A stretch of DNA of 64,000 nucleotides from an uncultured Acidobacteriaceae bacterium (GCA_963815175.1 CAWFGM010000038.1:57492-121491), one strand, 5' to 3'; positions 29,212 through 39,177 are shown, counted from the stretch's first letter. Made by a program: numbers and translations. Notes: generated from the sequence alone by a model not told the origin.

Positions 29212-29703
29212 ATGTCGAGCTTCCACGTGATCGCGTTGCCCAGTGAAACCGCTGCCCAGGTGCGCTCTTCGGGCAAAGCTCCGCGCTATGGACACCCCGC
29301 ACACACCGAGCTAGCTTCCGGCTACGGACCGTGCCGTCACTGCCTGCGGATCTTCCGGATCGGGCAAGAAAACCGAACACTGTTTACCTACGATCCTTTT
29401 GCCGGAATCGAGGCTGTTCCTTTGCCCGGGCCCATCTTTATCCACGAGCAGCCGTGCGCTCGCTACTCGCCGGACGCCGGTTATCCTTCGGATCTCGAGC
29501 CGTATGCAGTCGTCTTGAACGGCTATGCTACCGGCCAGAAGCTGGTGGAACGTGTGCTCGTCTCGGCCGCCGAGGATAAGACCGCCGCGGTCAGGCACAT
29601 GCTCGAGCGCCCCGACGTAGACTACATAGAAGTGCGCGATCAGACCGCGGGATGTTTTGACTTCCGTATCGAGCGCGTGGGAGAGAAGGTGTTCCAATGC
29701 TGA
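29212..29703 (+). CDS. DUF1203-domain protein
   Basis: 163 aa. The pattern GYGPCRHCL...LFTYDPF...GPIFIHEQPC matches my memory of DUF1203. Confidence 0.55.
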   Translation: MSSFHVIALPSETAAQVRSSGKAPRYGHPAHTELASGYGPCRHCLRIFRIGQENRTLFTYDPFAGIEAVPLPGPIFIHEQPCARYSPDAGYPSDLEPYAVVLNGYATGQKLVERVLVSAAEDKTAAVRHMLERPDVDYIEVRDQTAGCFDFRIERVGEKVFQC

Positions 29704-29784
29704 GACGAGGAGCATCCTGAGCAAACCGATCGCCGGCATTTACATTGATGTCTGCGAATTTCAATATCAAATCCCGGAGCAGAT

Positions 29785-30846
29785 ATGGAAAAATCAGTGT
29801 CTCAGTTAAGCCGGCGTGAGTTTATGACCGGGTCGGCGGCCTTGGCTGCCGTGGGAGCGACTTTACCAATGCAGGCGGACAGTCAGCAGATTGCTTCGGC
29901 GGGGGCCAGAGACGAGTTCGCTATTTATCAGGAACGCCGTCGATGGGAACTCTGGAGCCTACTGGGCGATTTGCCCTGGGACCACAAGCCCGCGCCGCCG
30001 CGCGTGGTGCGCACCGAGAAACATGAAGGGTACACACTCGAGCGGCTGATTCTTGATTTTAATGGGATCGAACCCGTCCCAGCGTTGCTGCTTATTCCGG
30101 ACCGCCGGCAGGCGCGGGCGCCTGGAATGTTCTTTATCCATTGGCACGCCGGCCAGTACGACCTGGGGAAAGAACAATTGCTGCGCGGCACAGAGGTGCA
30201 ACCGGCATACGCGCCGATCTGCGCGGAAAAGGGTTTGGTGACACTCGCCATTGATAGCTGGTGCTTCGGCGAACGTAAGCACGAAGCGGTTGGGCGCCAA
30301 GGGGAAGAAGATACTTTTAAGCTGATGCTGTGGCGCGGCCAGGTGCTGTGGGGAATGATGATGTTCGATGAGCTACGCGCGCTCAGTTATCTGGCGAGTC
30401 GTCCGGAAGTGGATCCGGCGCGGCTGGGAGCGTTTGGGATGTCCATGGGGGCCACGAAGGTCTGGTGGTTGGCGGGGCTCGATCCGCGCGTGCGCACCGC
30501 CATGGATGTTTGCTGCCTGACGGATTATGAATCATTGATTGAGGCAAACGGCCTGAGCAGGCACGGAGTCTACTATTTTGTTCCCTCGCTGCTGAAACAC
30601 TTCGACACCTTTCAGATTAATGAATTGATCGTGCCGCGCGCACACCTAAGCGTGAACGGGCGAAAGGACGGCCTCACCCCACCAGCAGGCGTCGAGCAGG
30701 TCCGCGATAAGCTGCTGGATGTTTACCGGACTTATGGGAGAGCGGAGGACTGTAAGATCGAACTCTTCGATTGCGCCCATGAGGAGCTACCGGAAATGCG
30801 GCGGGAGATTCTCGCATGGATGGATCAGTACCTGGTTGCCACCTGA
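29785..30846 (+). CDS. alpha/beta hydrolase (acetyl-xylan-esterase / dienelactone-hydrolase-like), Tat signal
   Basis: 353 aa. The Tat motif is LSRREFMTGSAALAAVGA and the nucleophile elbow is GMSMGA. Confidence 0.75.
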   Translation: MEKSVSQLSRREFMTGSAALAAVGATLPMQADSQQIASAGARDEFAIYQERRRWELWSLLGDLPWDHKPAPPRVVRTEKHEGYTLERLILDFNGIEPVPALLLIPDRRQARAPGMFFIHWHAGQYDLGKEQLLRGTEVQPAYAPICAEKGLVTLAIDSWCFGERKHEAVGRQGEEDTFKLMLWRGQVLWGMMMFDELRALSYLASRPEVDPARLGAFGMSMGATKVWWLAGLDPRVRTAMDVCCLTDYESLIEANGLSRHGVYYFVPSLLKHFDTFQINELIVPRAHLSVNGRKDGLTPPAGVEQVRDKLLDVYRTYGRAEDCKIELFDCAHEELPEMRREILAWMDQYLVAT

Positions 30847-30984
30847 AATGCGGGGAGCGGGTTGGCTTTGGATGGTCGCATGTCAGCACTCACGTGCGGC
30901 CGGGTTCACCCGGGTCTCTTAAATAAGGCTTTGGTAGCAACAGCATTCGACTGGAACCCATCCGCGCGTGGCAGGATCCCAAAG

Positions 30985-31100
30985 GGATTGTGTTGATGTA
31001 GGAGTGCCGCGCCTACGGCGCTCGTCATCATTATCATGAATACCCAGCCCTCACGGAAGCCGTCCTATTACTACCCGCTGTTGGAGCCAGGTGGGAGTAG
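30985..31100. repeat. REP-like element (gccgcgcctacggcgct...tacccagccctcacgg type)
   Basis: Sequence type resembles the interspersed acidobacterial repeats. It has only loose similarity to 60727-60860. Confidence 0.35.
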
Positions 31101-31108
31101 CGTCCCGG

Positions 31109-33706
31109 TCATCGGACATCGTGGAGAAGGACGGCCTCCGAGGTGGGCGCCTCCAGGATGAGGCCAAGCTTTTTGCCGTCCGGTGATGGCCGAATCCAAT
31201 TTATGGTCCTCCCGGGGAGGCTTGCCACTTTCACGGGAGTAGCAGTCTCCAGCGGTTGCCGCCAGATGGTTGCGTCCGAGCCTTTCTCGGTGACGTAGAA
31301 GATGCTCTTGTCGTCGGCGGAAAATGCGAAGCGGTCAAAATCATCAAAATCATGAGTGGGGAAGCTTCGAATGGTTCGCAGCGAATCGAGCGAAACGATC
31401 TGCAGGGGCGCACCTTTTTCGACGGCGGCAGTTGCCAGCAATTTGCCATCAGAAGAAACGTCAAACCATATACGCCCTTGCGCTATCTTCTGCGGAGCTC
31501 CACCCCGGAGGGACTGCCGCATCAGAATCGAGTTTTTCTGTTCGGTGGCATCGGCGTAGAACAACCATTCGCCATCCGCCGTGCACTCGGGAAGTGAATC
31601 CATCGGTCCCTTCGTCACCTGCGTCAATCCGCTGCCATCGAGGTGGAGGGTATAGACGCGACGAATATCCCCCTGGAGGGCGGCGCCGACGAGGGCCATC
31701 GTGTCCCGCCCACAGCGAGGACGGCTGGCCAAACAGAAATCCGTTTCTTTACATTCACCGCAGTGGTTTCGTGTTTGAGAAGATTGATGACCCTAAGATT
31801 CCCGGCGCCGTTGGCCACAATGGTGTCGTTATCCAGCCAGGTGAACCACACCAGTTCGCCGGTTTGGTCTTCCTGTCGAGCGAGACCCGCCAGAGGGAGT
31901 TCTGCGAATCTTGCGTTCAAGTTGTTTTGCGTGGTTGCGATGGTCTTGGCATCGGCGGTGAGACTGATGCCCGAATAGACGTTCAGGTCGTTGGTGATCT
32001 GTCGCATCTTTCCCGAGGGATAGGAAAGAAAGCTGACCGGGGCAACGTCGATCTTTTCCCACTCGGTGGTGAAGAGGCCTTTTCCGTTTGGGATCCACTG
32101 CATGTCATTGAGGTATCCGCCCAGCGCGGCGGAGGAAGCGACGGCCCGCTGTCGATCCCGAGCCGAAGTCGAGGCTCTCGACATTGCCGAGCGCATCTTC
32201 GAGAACAGCGAATTTGCCGCTCGGAGAGCAGACGGTAAGTAGTGGAAATGGCTTTTTCCCGTTCGCCAGAACCTGCTGGTCACTGCCATCGGCGTTGGCG
32301 CTGAGGAATTGGTACGAGCCAGCGGTGAGGTCCTGCCGATAGAAACACACTCGCTGGCCCCCATCGACGAAGGTGAGAGGGAAATCTACACCGGCAATCA
32401 CCCGGGTGGGTTGACCGCCGAGAACCGGTATTCTGTAATCGTCCCAGCGATTGGGCTCGGGCTGCCCCAGGGCATCGATGCGGAAATAGATGTAGCTGCC
32501 ATCCGGAGAGAAACGTGACGCGATCATATTTGTAGGCCGTGATCCTGGACAATGGTTCGCTGGCTGTTGGTGGGAATGTGGTGAAGCAAGAGGGACTGCG
32601 CACCATTCGCGTCATTCAACACGGCCGCCAGATAGATACCGTCCGGCGAGATGGCGACACTCCCTACGTGTTTGCTGTCGATGACTCTTTGCAGCGAGTA
32701 GTGCGCAAAGGGCGCTGGCGCTCGATTGGCCACGAAGTAGTAGGTGGCGATGGAGGCGGCAACGATCGCGGCCAGCCCGCATGCACCAGGCCAGGCTTTT
32801 CTTTGCCAGCGTCGCTGTTCCGGCCGTTCGACAGATGCGGCGACGAAATACCCGATTCCGACAGGGCCTCCAGCGCAAAGGCCAGGTCGGAGGCGGACTG
32901 GAAGCGCCGCTCGGCGTTCTTCTCCAGGCAGCGATGGACAACGCGCTGCAGCCCGGGAGGCGCGTTGCGCGCAATTTGCGAAATGGCAGGTGGATCTTCA
33001 TGCAAGATGGCGGTCATCGTCTCGGCGGACGTCGAATGCTGAAAAGCGCGCTTGCCGGCCAACATCTCGTACAGGACGGCGCCAAAGGCGAAGATATCGG
33101 CGCGATGGTCGACCAACTTCGCCGCGCACCATTTCCGGAGACATATAGCCGGCCGTGCCCATCCTCGAGCCAGGATCAGTTTCATAAGCCTGCGTCGGGG
33201 CGCTGTCTTCCTTGTCTGCCCGGTGGCTGCGTCAATTTGGCCAGGCCGAAGTCCAGAATCTTGATCCGGCCTTCTTTGGTGACGAACAGGTTTTCGGGTT
33301 TCAGGTCCCGATGAACGATGCCTTTGTCGTGCGCTGCGGCCAGTCCATGAGCGATCTGCACGCCCAAGTCGATCGCCCTGCGAAGCGACATGGGGCCATG
33401 CCTTAACTGCTGTCGCAGGGTCTCTCCCACCAGTAGCTCGGAAACCAGGTAGGGCGCTCCCTCGAAGACGCCGAATCGATAAATCGCAAGGATGTTTGGA
33501 TGGTTCAGAGCCGCGGCTGCCTGTGCTTCCTGCTCAAAGCGCCACAGCCGGTCGGGGTCTTTGGCCACAAAGGAGGGAAGAACCTTAATTGCCACGTCGC
33601 GCTTCAAGACGGGGTCGCGGGCGCGATAAACCTCGCCCATCCCACCCGCGCCCAACAGGCCCAGAACTTCGTATCCATCAACGTTCGCGCCTGCGGCCAG
33701 TGCCAT
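31109..33706 (-). pseudogene. Ser/Thr protein kinase fused to TM + TolB-like beta-propeller, at least five frame breaks
   Basis: The kinase N-lobe and catalytic loop are in ORF 33182..33706 ([31 protein letters not shown]). GTAGYMSPE is readable only in a third frame. The C-lobe is in ORF 32664..33185. Propeller blades (SPDG motifs) are spread over ORFs 32524..32733, 32105..32527, 31624..32364 and 31109..31732. Confidence 0.8.
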
Positions 33707-33882
33707 TTGAGGCGGATTATACCTGCACGCCGCGGAGGGTGACAGAACGTCGATTCATGGCTGCGATGGCGCGTGAGGCCGGTCGCGAAAAGCTGATCTG
33801 AAACCTTCGTCCGGGTGTGGAAGGCGGCGGATTTGCTCAGCCGGTCGGGTTTGCTCGACCAGACCGGCCGGCATTTCCAAGC

Positions 33883-34586
33883 TCAGTGGGCCTGTGATCC
33901 AACGGAGTGCGCGGTCAATACGCGATAGCAATTGATGGCGACGATGCGTTCCTGTCCGGGAGAGGTGGGAGCAACTTCATGGGGCACAATGCCACCCAGC
34001 AGAATCATGGTGTGCCCGCGATCGAGCGGTACCGATGTTCCCGCGCTTCTGCCCGCCGCGCGAACCGAGGACAACGGCTCGCGAATCAAATCGGGATAGA
34101 CGACCAACTCGCCTGCCGGGGAATCGGTCGCTGCACCGGGTGAGCGACGTGATGACGGCGATATCGCACTGCATCAACATCCCGATGGACGGCAAGAAAG
34201 TCTCCAGGCTGCTCGTAATACGAATAGGTCCCACTGCCGGACGCGGAAACGTCAAGCCCACATACCCCGGCCAGCGTTTCGGCCATCTGTTGGCACCCAT
34301 GCAGCCCCCAATGAAGGTCGCCGCCAGGGCCTGATCGATAGGCCCGTGCCGGAAAGCCGCCTCGGCCCTCCGTTCCGTCAGAATCCGGCGACCAGCATTC
34401 GTTGCCGCGTCCGATCCGCACACGTTCGGCTTCCGCTCGCAAGTCCTGCAGTGTCTCTTCGTCGAAATAATCCGCGAACCACAAGATATCCGCCGGCAGC
34501 AAACAGGCGAGATTGCAAAACCTCTGCCGGCGGGTCGAATTGCCAATCGAGAGCGGTCTCGGATGCTGGAGCAATTGAGTCGTCAT
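33883..34586 (-). pseudogene. 2OG-Fe(II) oxygenase, prolyl-4-hydroxylase-type (PF13640-like), two +1 frameshifts
   Basis: My translation gives ...GTYSYYEQPGDFLAVHRD (H 34187..34185, D 34181..34179), then a frame change, then QCDIAVITSLTRCSDRFPG, then a second frame change near 34110-34125, then ELVVYPDLIREPLS...GGIVPHEV (H 33981..33979)...QERIVAINCYRV. The HxD...H facial triad and distal Arg are all present once the frames are joined. Confidence 0.65.
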
Positions 34587-34608
34587 CGGAAGGGAGGAAG
34601 CGGTCTGG

Positions 34609-34959
34609 GTGACGGCTCAATCGGGCCGTTTACCCGGCGGCGTCAGCGGCTCAGTCGGGCGCGGTATCGGCGGTATCAGTGGCGTGCGATTCGGCTCGTG
34701 TAGCGGCGGCTTCAGCGGCGGCGAGTCGGGCATCTACCGGCGGCATCAGCGGCGGCGATTCGGTTCTCGCACCGGCGGTACCAGCGGCGTGCGATTCGGT
34801 GCTCGCACCGGCGGTACCAATGGCGTGCGAGTCGGCTCTTGCAGCGGCGGCATCAGTGGCGGGCACAGTCGGCCGATTGTATCGGGGGCACCAATGGGGG
34901 ATGGTCGGCCGATGTGCCGGTGGTTCATTCGCGAGCTTGACGGGCAGTTGATCGGTTGA
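34609..34959 (+). CDS. possible Gly/Ser/Thr-rich 12-aa-repeat protein; alternative minus-strand Pro-rich reading at 34618..34991
   Basis: Uninterrupted 116-aa ORF. GTG 34609 is preceded by GGGAGG at 34592-34597. The repeats are GGISGVRFGSCS, GGTSGVRFGART and GGTNGVRVGSCS. The minus strand reads MSSPSHPIEP...(RTPLVPPVRAPN)n from ATG 34991 (GGAG 9 nt upstream) but is cut by TGA 34748..34746 and TAG 34736..34734. The coding strand is unresolved. Confidence 0.35.
   Translation: MTAQSGRLPGGVSGSVGRGIGGISGVRFGSCSGGFSGGESGIYRRHQRRRFGSRTGGTSGVRFGARTGGTNGVRVGSCSGGISGGHSRPIVSGAPMGDGRPMCRWFIRELDGQLIG
34635..34880. repeat. tandem array, 7 units of nominally 36 nt (33,36,34,35,36,36,36) starting CGGCGG
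   Basis: I located unit starts at 34635, 34668, 34704, 34738, 34773, 34809 and 34845. Units 5 and 6 are near-identical (cggcggtacca(g/a)(c/t)ggcgtgcga(t/g)tcgg...). Confidence 0.9.
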
Positions 34960-35083
34960 ACCGGTTCGATGGGATGACTAGGCGAGGACATCGGATCAAT
35001 CTCCGTTCACGAGACCCGGAAAAACCTGTTTGCGAATCTGGGGTGAACCCGGTGGCGTGGCCATTATAACTGGATCCTGAAAA

Positions 35084-36106
35084 TTGCCAACTGTCCGGAT
35101 TCCATCGCAGGCAATAGCTTTCGCCAAGAAGATTTGCCAGGAGCACAGACGGGGTTCGTCCAGTACGGATCGCAGCTTGTCCGCTGCTAGCAACGTCCTC
35201 TACACTGGCCCGGTGCAGGTAGTTTTCAGCTGTGAAAATACGACATACATGTGGTGGCAAGCGGAGTTCCTCCGCTACACCTATGTGCAGGCGGGCATGC
35301 AGGCGGACTTAACCGCCCTGGTTGCGGCCACAGAGGAACCGGAGATCGCATTCGCCTGTAACAGCATCCGCGTCGCAAACTACAAAAATTCCGTTCCCAA
35401 CGCGCCCCTTCTTGTCCTGAACAAGCCAGGTGGCATCGCGGAGTGGGCTGCGCTGGACGGGCCTCGAGATGAAACGGTCCTGATCGTCGACCCTGATTCC
35501 ATGTTTGTGCGGCCGGTAGCCGATCCCGGCCCATTGACAGCGGGCGACGCTTATTCCGAAGAGCACGACTATATGTGTGTCGATATTCCAGGGAACCGTA
35601 CAGTGATCGACCGTCACTGCAGACAGGAAGTGCGTGCCAGGGTTCAGCCGGTGGGAATCTACATCTTGATCAATCGCGGCTGCCTGGCAGAGCTGGCCGT
35701 TCGCTGGCTGCAGAAATCGATGGAGATCGCGGCCGATCCTGTCTGCCGCGAAGCGCTCAGCGGCACAGGCTGGCTGAGTGATATGTGGGGATACGCCATT
35801 GCCGCGGCAGAATTGGGAATTCATCATGACCTGATGGGTTTTTCTCAGGTTACCGGCTCTAATTCTTTGGAGAATCCCATCACGCACTATTGTTTTCCCT
35901 TGATGGAAAACCCCAATGACTACTGGACGCGGGATACGGAGAAACCAATCTTGTGGAGTAAGTGGACCTACCAGCCATGGGAGAATCCGCCGGATTTCCT
36001 GGGCACCACGGTCGAAGGCGAGTTATTGCTTGAGCGCCTACGGGAATTCGCGACCATGCAGACGGCCGCAGCAGCCGATGGCTCCTCCGTTCACGCAGTG
36101 GGCTGA
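35084..36106 (+). CDS. GT-A-type glycosyltransferase resembling plant hydroxyproline O-arabinosyltransferase (GT95) / peptidyl-Ser galactosyltransferase (GT96)
   Basis: 340 aa, intact. Ordered blocks are VVFSCENTTYMWWQAEFLRYTY, VLNKPGGIAEW, LIVDPDSMFVRP (DPD at 35489-35497), GWLSDMWGYAIAAAELGIHH and ITHY. They parallel the HPAT blocks I recall (LTATDAIYSQWQCRIMYYWY, LNRPWAFVQW, EPDHIFVNP, GWVLEMYAYAVASALHGIKH, IIHY). The start is uncertain (TTG 35084, TTG 35177 or GTG 35213). Confidence 0.6.
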   Translation: MPTVRIPSQAIAFAKKICQEHRRGSSSTDRSLSAASNVLYTGPVQVVFSCENTTYMWWQAEFLRYTYVQAGMQADLTALVAATEEPEIAFACNSIRVANYKNSVPNAPLLVLNKPGGIAEWAALDGPRDETVLIVDPDSMFVRPVADPGPLTAGDAYSEEHDYMCVDIPGNRTVIDRHCRQEVRARVQPVGIYILINRGCLAELAVRWLQKSMEIAADPVCREALSGTGWLSDMWGYAIAAAELGIHHDLMGFSQVTGSNSLENPITHYCFPLMENPNDYWTRDTEKPILWSKWTYQPWENPPDFLGTTVEGELLLERLREFATMQTAAAADGSSVHAVG

Positions 36107-36196
36107 AATTCCCAGAATCCATCCTGTACGCCATCGCTTGACAAGGGATGGTCGAGCATCTACCATCGCCGCAGCATCGAGGGTAGATTGTCTTCT

Positions 36197-36559
36197 ATGG
36201 CGAAGCAGACACAACAGCAGCAGCGCACGGGCCTTCTCCAGGGCACTCTTGACATGCTCATCTTGAGGACGCTTCTTTATGGTCCTGCTCACGGTCACCA
36301 GATCGGCAAGCACATTCAGCGGACCACGAACGAGTTTCTGCAGATGCAGCACGGTTCGCTCTATCCAGCCCTGCACCGCCTGGAGCAAAGAGGATGGGTG
36401 GTCTCCAAATGGGAGACCGCGCCCGACCGCAATCGGGAGTTTAAATACTACCGGTTGACCGACAAAGGCAAGAAGCAGCTCGTGGTCGAAGAATCACAGT
36501 GGAAGCAGATGGCCGAAGCTGTCGCGCGCGTGATGTGGCCCGCCGCGGAGGAGAGCTGA
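36197..36559 (+). CDS. PadR-family transcriptional regulator
   Basis: LQGTLDMLILRTLLYGPAHGHQIGKHI...GSLYPALHRLEQRGWV...KYYRLTDKGK is the canonical PadR wHTH. It sits directly upstream of an ADOP permease, the usual pairing. Confidence 0.9.
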   Translation: MAKQTQQQQRTGLLQGTLDMLILRTLLYGPAHGHQIGKHIQRTTNEFLQMQHGSLYPALHRLEQRGWVVSKWETAPDRNREFKYYRLTDKGKKQLVVEESQWKQMAEAVARVMWPAAEES

Positions 36560-36565
36560 GATGCC

Positions 36566-39158
36566 ATGGTGGCGGACCACGAAGAAAATGCGGATCTGGA
36601 TCGAGAGCTGCATTCTGATCTTGAATTGGAAGAAGAAGAGCAGCGGGAGCGTGGACTGTCACCGAAAGAGGCGCGATATGCGGCGGTGCGGGCTTTTGGC
36701 AATCCCACGCTGATTCGCGAGCAAACTCATGCCACCTGGTCCTGGAGCTGGCTCGAATCCTTCGCCGGCGATCTGAAGTACGGATTTCGCGGAATGCGTC
36801 GCAATGCAGGTTCCACAGTATTTGCGATTCTCATCGCCGGCCTCGGTATCGGCGGCGCTTCGACGGTATTCAGCGTGGTCAATGCGCTGCTGTTGCGTCC
36901 GCTGCCCTTCCGCGATCCGGGTCAGTTGGTATGGATTTCCAATGGAGAGAACTACAGCACCCAAACCGAACACTATGTCGACCTGCGCGAGCAGAATCAA
37001 TCATTCTCCGATCTAGCGGGCTGGTCTGGAGCCTATAGCGCGGGCGACAGGGAATTGACAGGGACCGGCGAGCCGGAGCGCCTTACCAGCGTTCCGGTTA
37101 CCGGGAACTTCTTCCCCTTGCTCGGAGTGGCGCCGGCAATCGGACGATCGTTTACCAGGGAGGAGACCGAAGGCAAGTATTCCGCTCCTCCCGCCATGCT
37201 GTTGAGTTACAGCTTTTGGCGCAGGCGGTTTCACTCCGACCCGGCGGTAGTAGGACAGAAGCTCACGTTGAACAATCAGCCGGTGATGGTCGTCGGCGTT
37301 CTGCCTGCGTCGTTCGATTTCGCCAGCGTCTTTGCCCCGGGCACTCCGATCGATGTCTTTGTTCCCTGGCCGCTTAACGGACAATACAAAACCGCACGGA
37401 AACACCATGTCCATCATCGGAAGGCTGAAGCCAGGCGCTACCCATGCAGAGCGCGCAGGCTGAGTTAACCGTGCTGGCGAAACAACTGGAGAACCAACAT
37501 CCGGATCGGAATCCGGTTTTCCCCAGGCTGGTTCCGCTGGAACAGCACGTGAGCGGGCAAGTGCGTCCGGCGCTCCTGGTGCTGATGTGCGCCGTTGGTG
37601 TCGTGATGTTGATTGTCTGCGCCAATCTTTCGCATCTGCAGTTGGCGCGCATGGGCACGCGGCAAAAAGAAATGGCGGTACGATCGGCGTTAGGAGCCGG
37701 ACGTTACCGGCTGCTGCGGCAAGTGCTTACCGAGAGCATAACCCTGTCGTGTTGCGGGGCTGCGCTGGGCCTGCTTCTGGCCGTGGCCGGCACGCGCGGG
37801 CTGGCGCATCTGAGCGCGTTCAACCTTCCTCTTCTGGCAAGCGTTCGGGTCGATGGGAGCACGCTGGCCTTCACCTTGTTGGCGGCGGTCGCTTCGGGCG
37901 TGCTGTTTGGCTTGGCGCCCGCGCTGCAGATCACGGCGCACAATCTCCGCGAAGGGCTACAGGACGCGGGCCGCGAGTCGAGCGGGGGCACCCGGCATGG
38001 CTGGTTTGGCGACGGACTGGTCGTATCCCAGTACGCCCTCGCCTGCGTGCTGCTGGTGGGCGCGGCGCTGCTGATGCAGAGTTTTCTGCGCGTCCTCGAC
38101 GTGAATCTGGGATTTCAACCGGAGCACGCAGCCTGCGTTGAGAATCGACCCGGGTTTTCGGATCCCGAGTCTGGCGCAGCAGAACTCATTTATCGACGAT
38201 GTGTTGCATCGCGCCCGATCAGTCCCCGGCATTGTGGCGGCCGGGATAAGCGATGTGCTTCCGCTCGACGGGGACAGGAGTTGGCAAGTCGGGGCCCAAG
38301 GACAGGTCTACGACAAGGACCATCACCCGGAAGCATTTATTCGCGTCGTGAGCGATGGATATTTCGAGGCCCTCGGGATCGCGTTGAAGTCGGGAAGAGC
38401 ATTGACCGAGAGCGATCGAGCATCGAGCGAACCCGTAGTGATGGTGAATGAAACGTTGGCTCGCACTCTGTGGCCCGGACAGAACGCGGTCGGACAGATG
38501 GTGACGCAGGACGGGGGAAGGAAAGTCGTCGGCGTGGTTGCCGATGTCCATCACGGAGGACCGGAGAGATCGGGCGGGTCTGAAATGTATCTGCCGATGC
38601 GTCAAACCGGCGACTACGCGGCGATGCGGCTGGTGGTGCGAACCGCACTTACCGCCGGATAGCCTGGCGGCAGGTATTCGAACCGCGCTACGGCCGCTCG
38701 ACCCGAATCTCCCGGTCACCGAGTTTCAGACGCTTCAGGGGTTGGTCGACAAGGTGGTGTCGCCGCGGCGCTTTCTGGTGATGCTGCTGTCAGGATTTGC
38801 GGGCTTCGCCCTGTTGCTTGCATCGCTCGGGATTTACGCGCTGATTTCTTATTCGGTGAATGAGCGAACCAAAGAAATTGGTATACGGATGGCGTTGGGA
38901 GCGAACTCCGGGGTTGTTCTGCGCGGTGTTCTCGTAACAACGTTGCGGCTCGCTCTCGCCGGCGTGGCACTGGGGACGCTCGCGTCTTTCGCGTTAAGTA
39001 AGTGGCTCGAGTCTTTGCTATATGGCACAACCCCGACGAATCCCGCGGTCTTTTCAGGCGTAGCTTTGCTGCTTTGCGCCGTAGCTTTGGCTGCTGCGTA
39101 CCTTCCCGCCCGACGAGCCTCCCGCATCGAGCCGTTGCAGGCCTTGCGAACAGAATGA
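36566..39158 (+). pseudogene. ADOP-family MacB-like ABC permease (duplicated FtsX), about four frameshifts
   Basis: The N-terminal prefix is DLDRELHSDLELEEEEQRERGLSPKEARYAAVRAFGN. The gene is split over ORFs 36566.., 37444.., 38138.. and 38538.., with breaks near 37390, 37440, 38125 and 38645. The C-terminal FtsX domain ends ...ASRIEPLQALRTE. Confidence 0.85.
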
Positions 39159-39177
39159 AGTACGGTGTCACGAGAAT

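Noticed and set aside
28820-29380. 186-aa minus-strand ORF
   Set aside because: It overlaps the 3' end of the esterase gene and the DUF1203 gene on the opposite strand. It has no motifs or RBS and looks like a shadow ORF.
34618-34991. Reading the 12-residue Pro-rich units (RTPLVPPVRAPN) as tandem CLE-like peptide hormones, which are 12-13 aa and Hyp-arabinosylated in plants
   Set aside because: Only the length and the Pro content agree. The CLE consensus (R-x-V-P-x-G-P-N/D-P-x-H-N/H) is not matched. I kept it as a curiosity only.
36561-36590. Alternative ADOP start MPWWR... at ATG 36561, which would imply a fifth frameshift
   Set aside because: ATG 36566 gives an in-frame N-terminus (MVADHEENADLDRELH...). 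The MPWWR resemblance to other ADOP starts comes from memory only and is not decisive.
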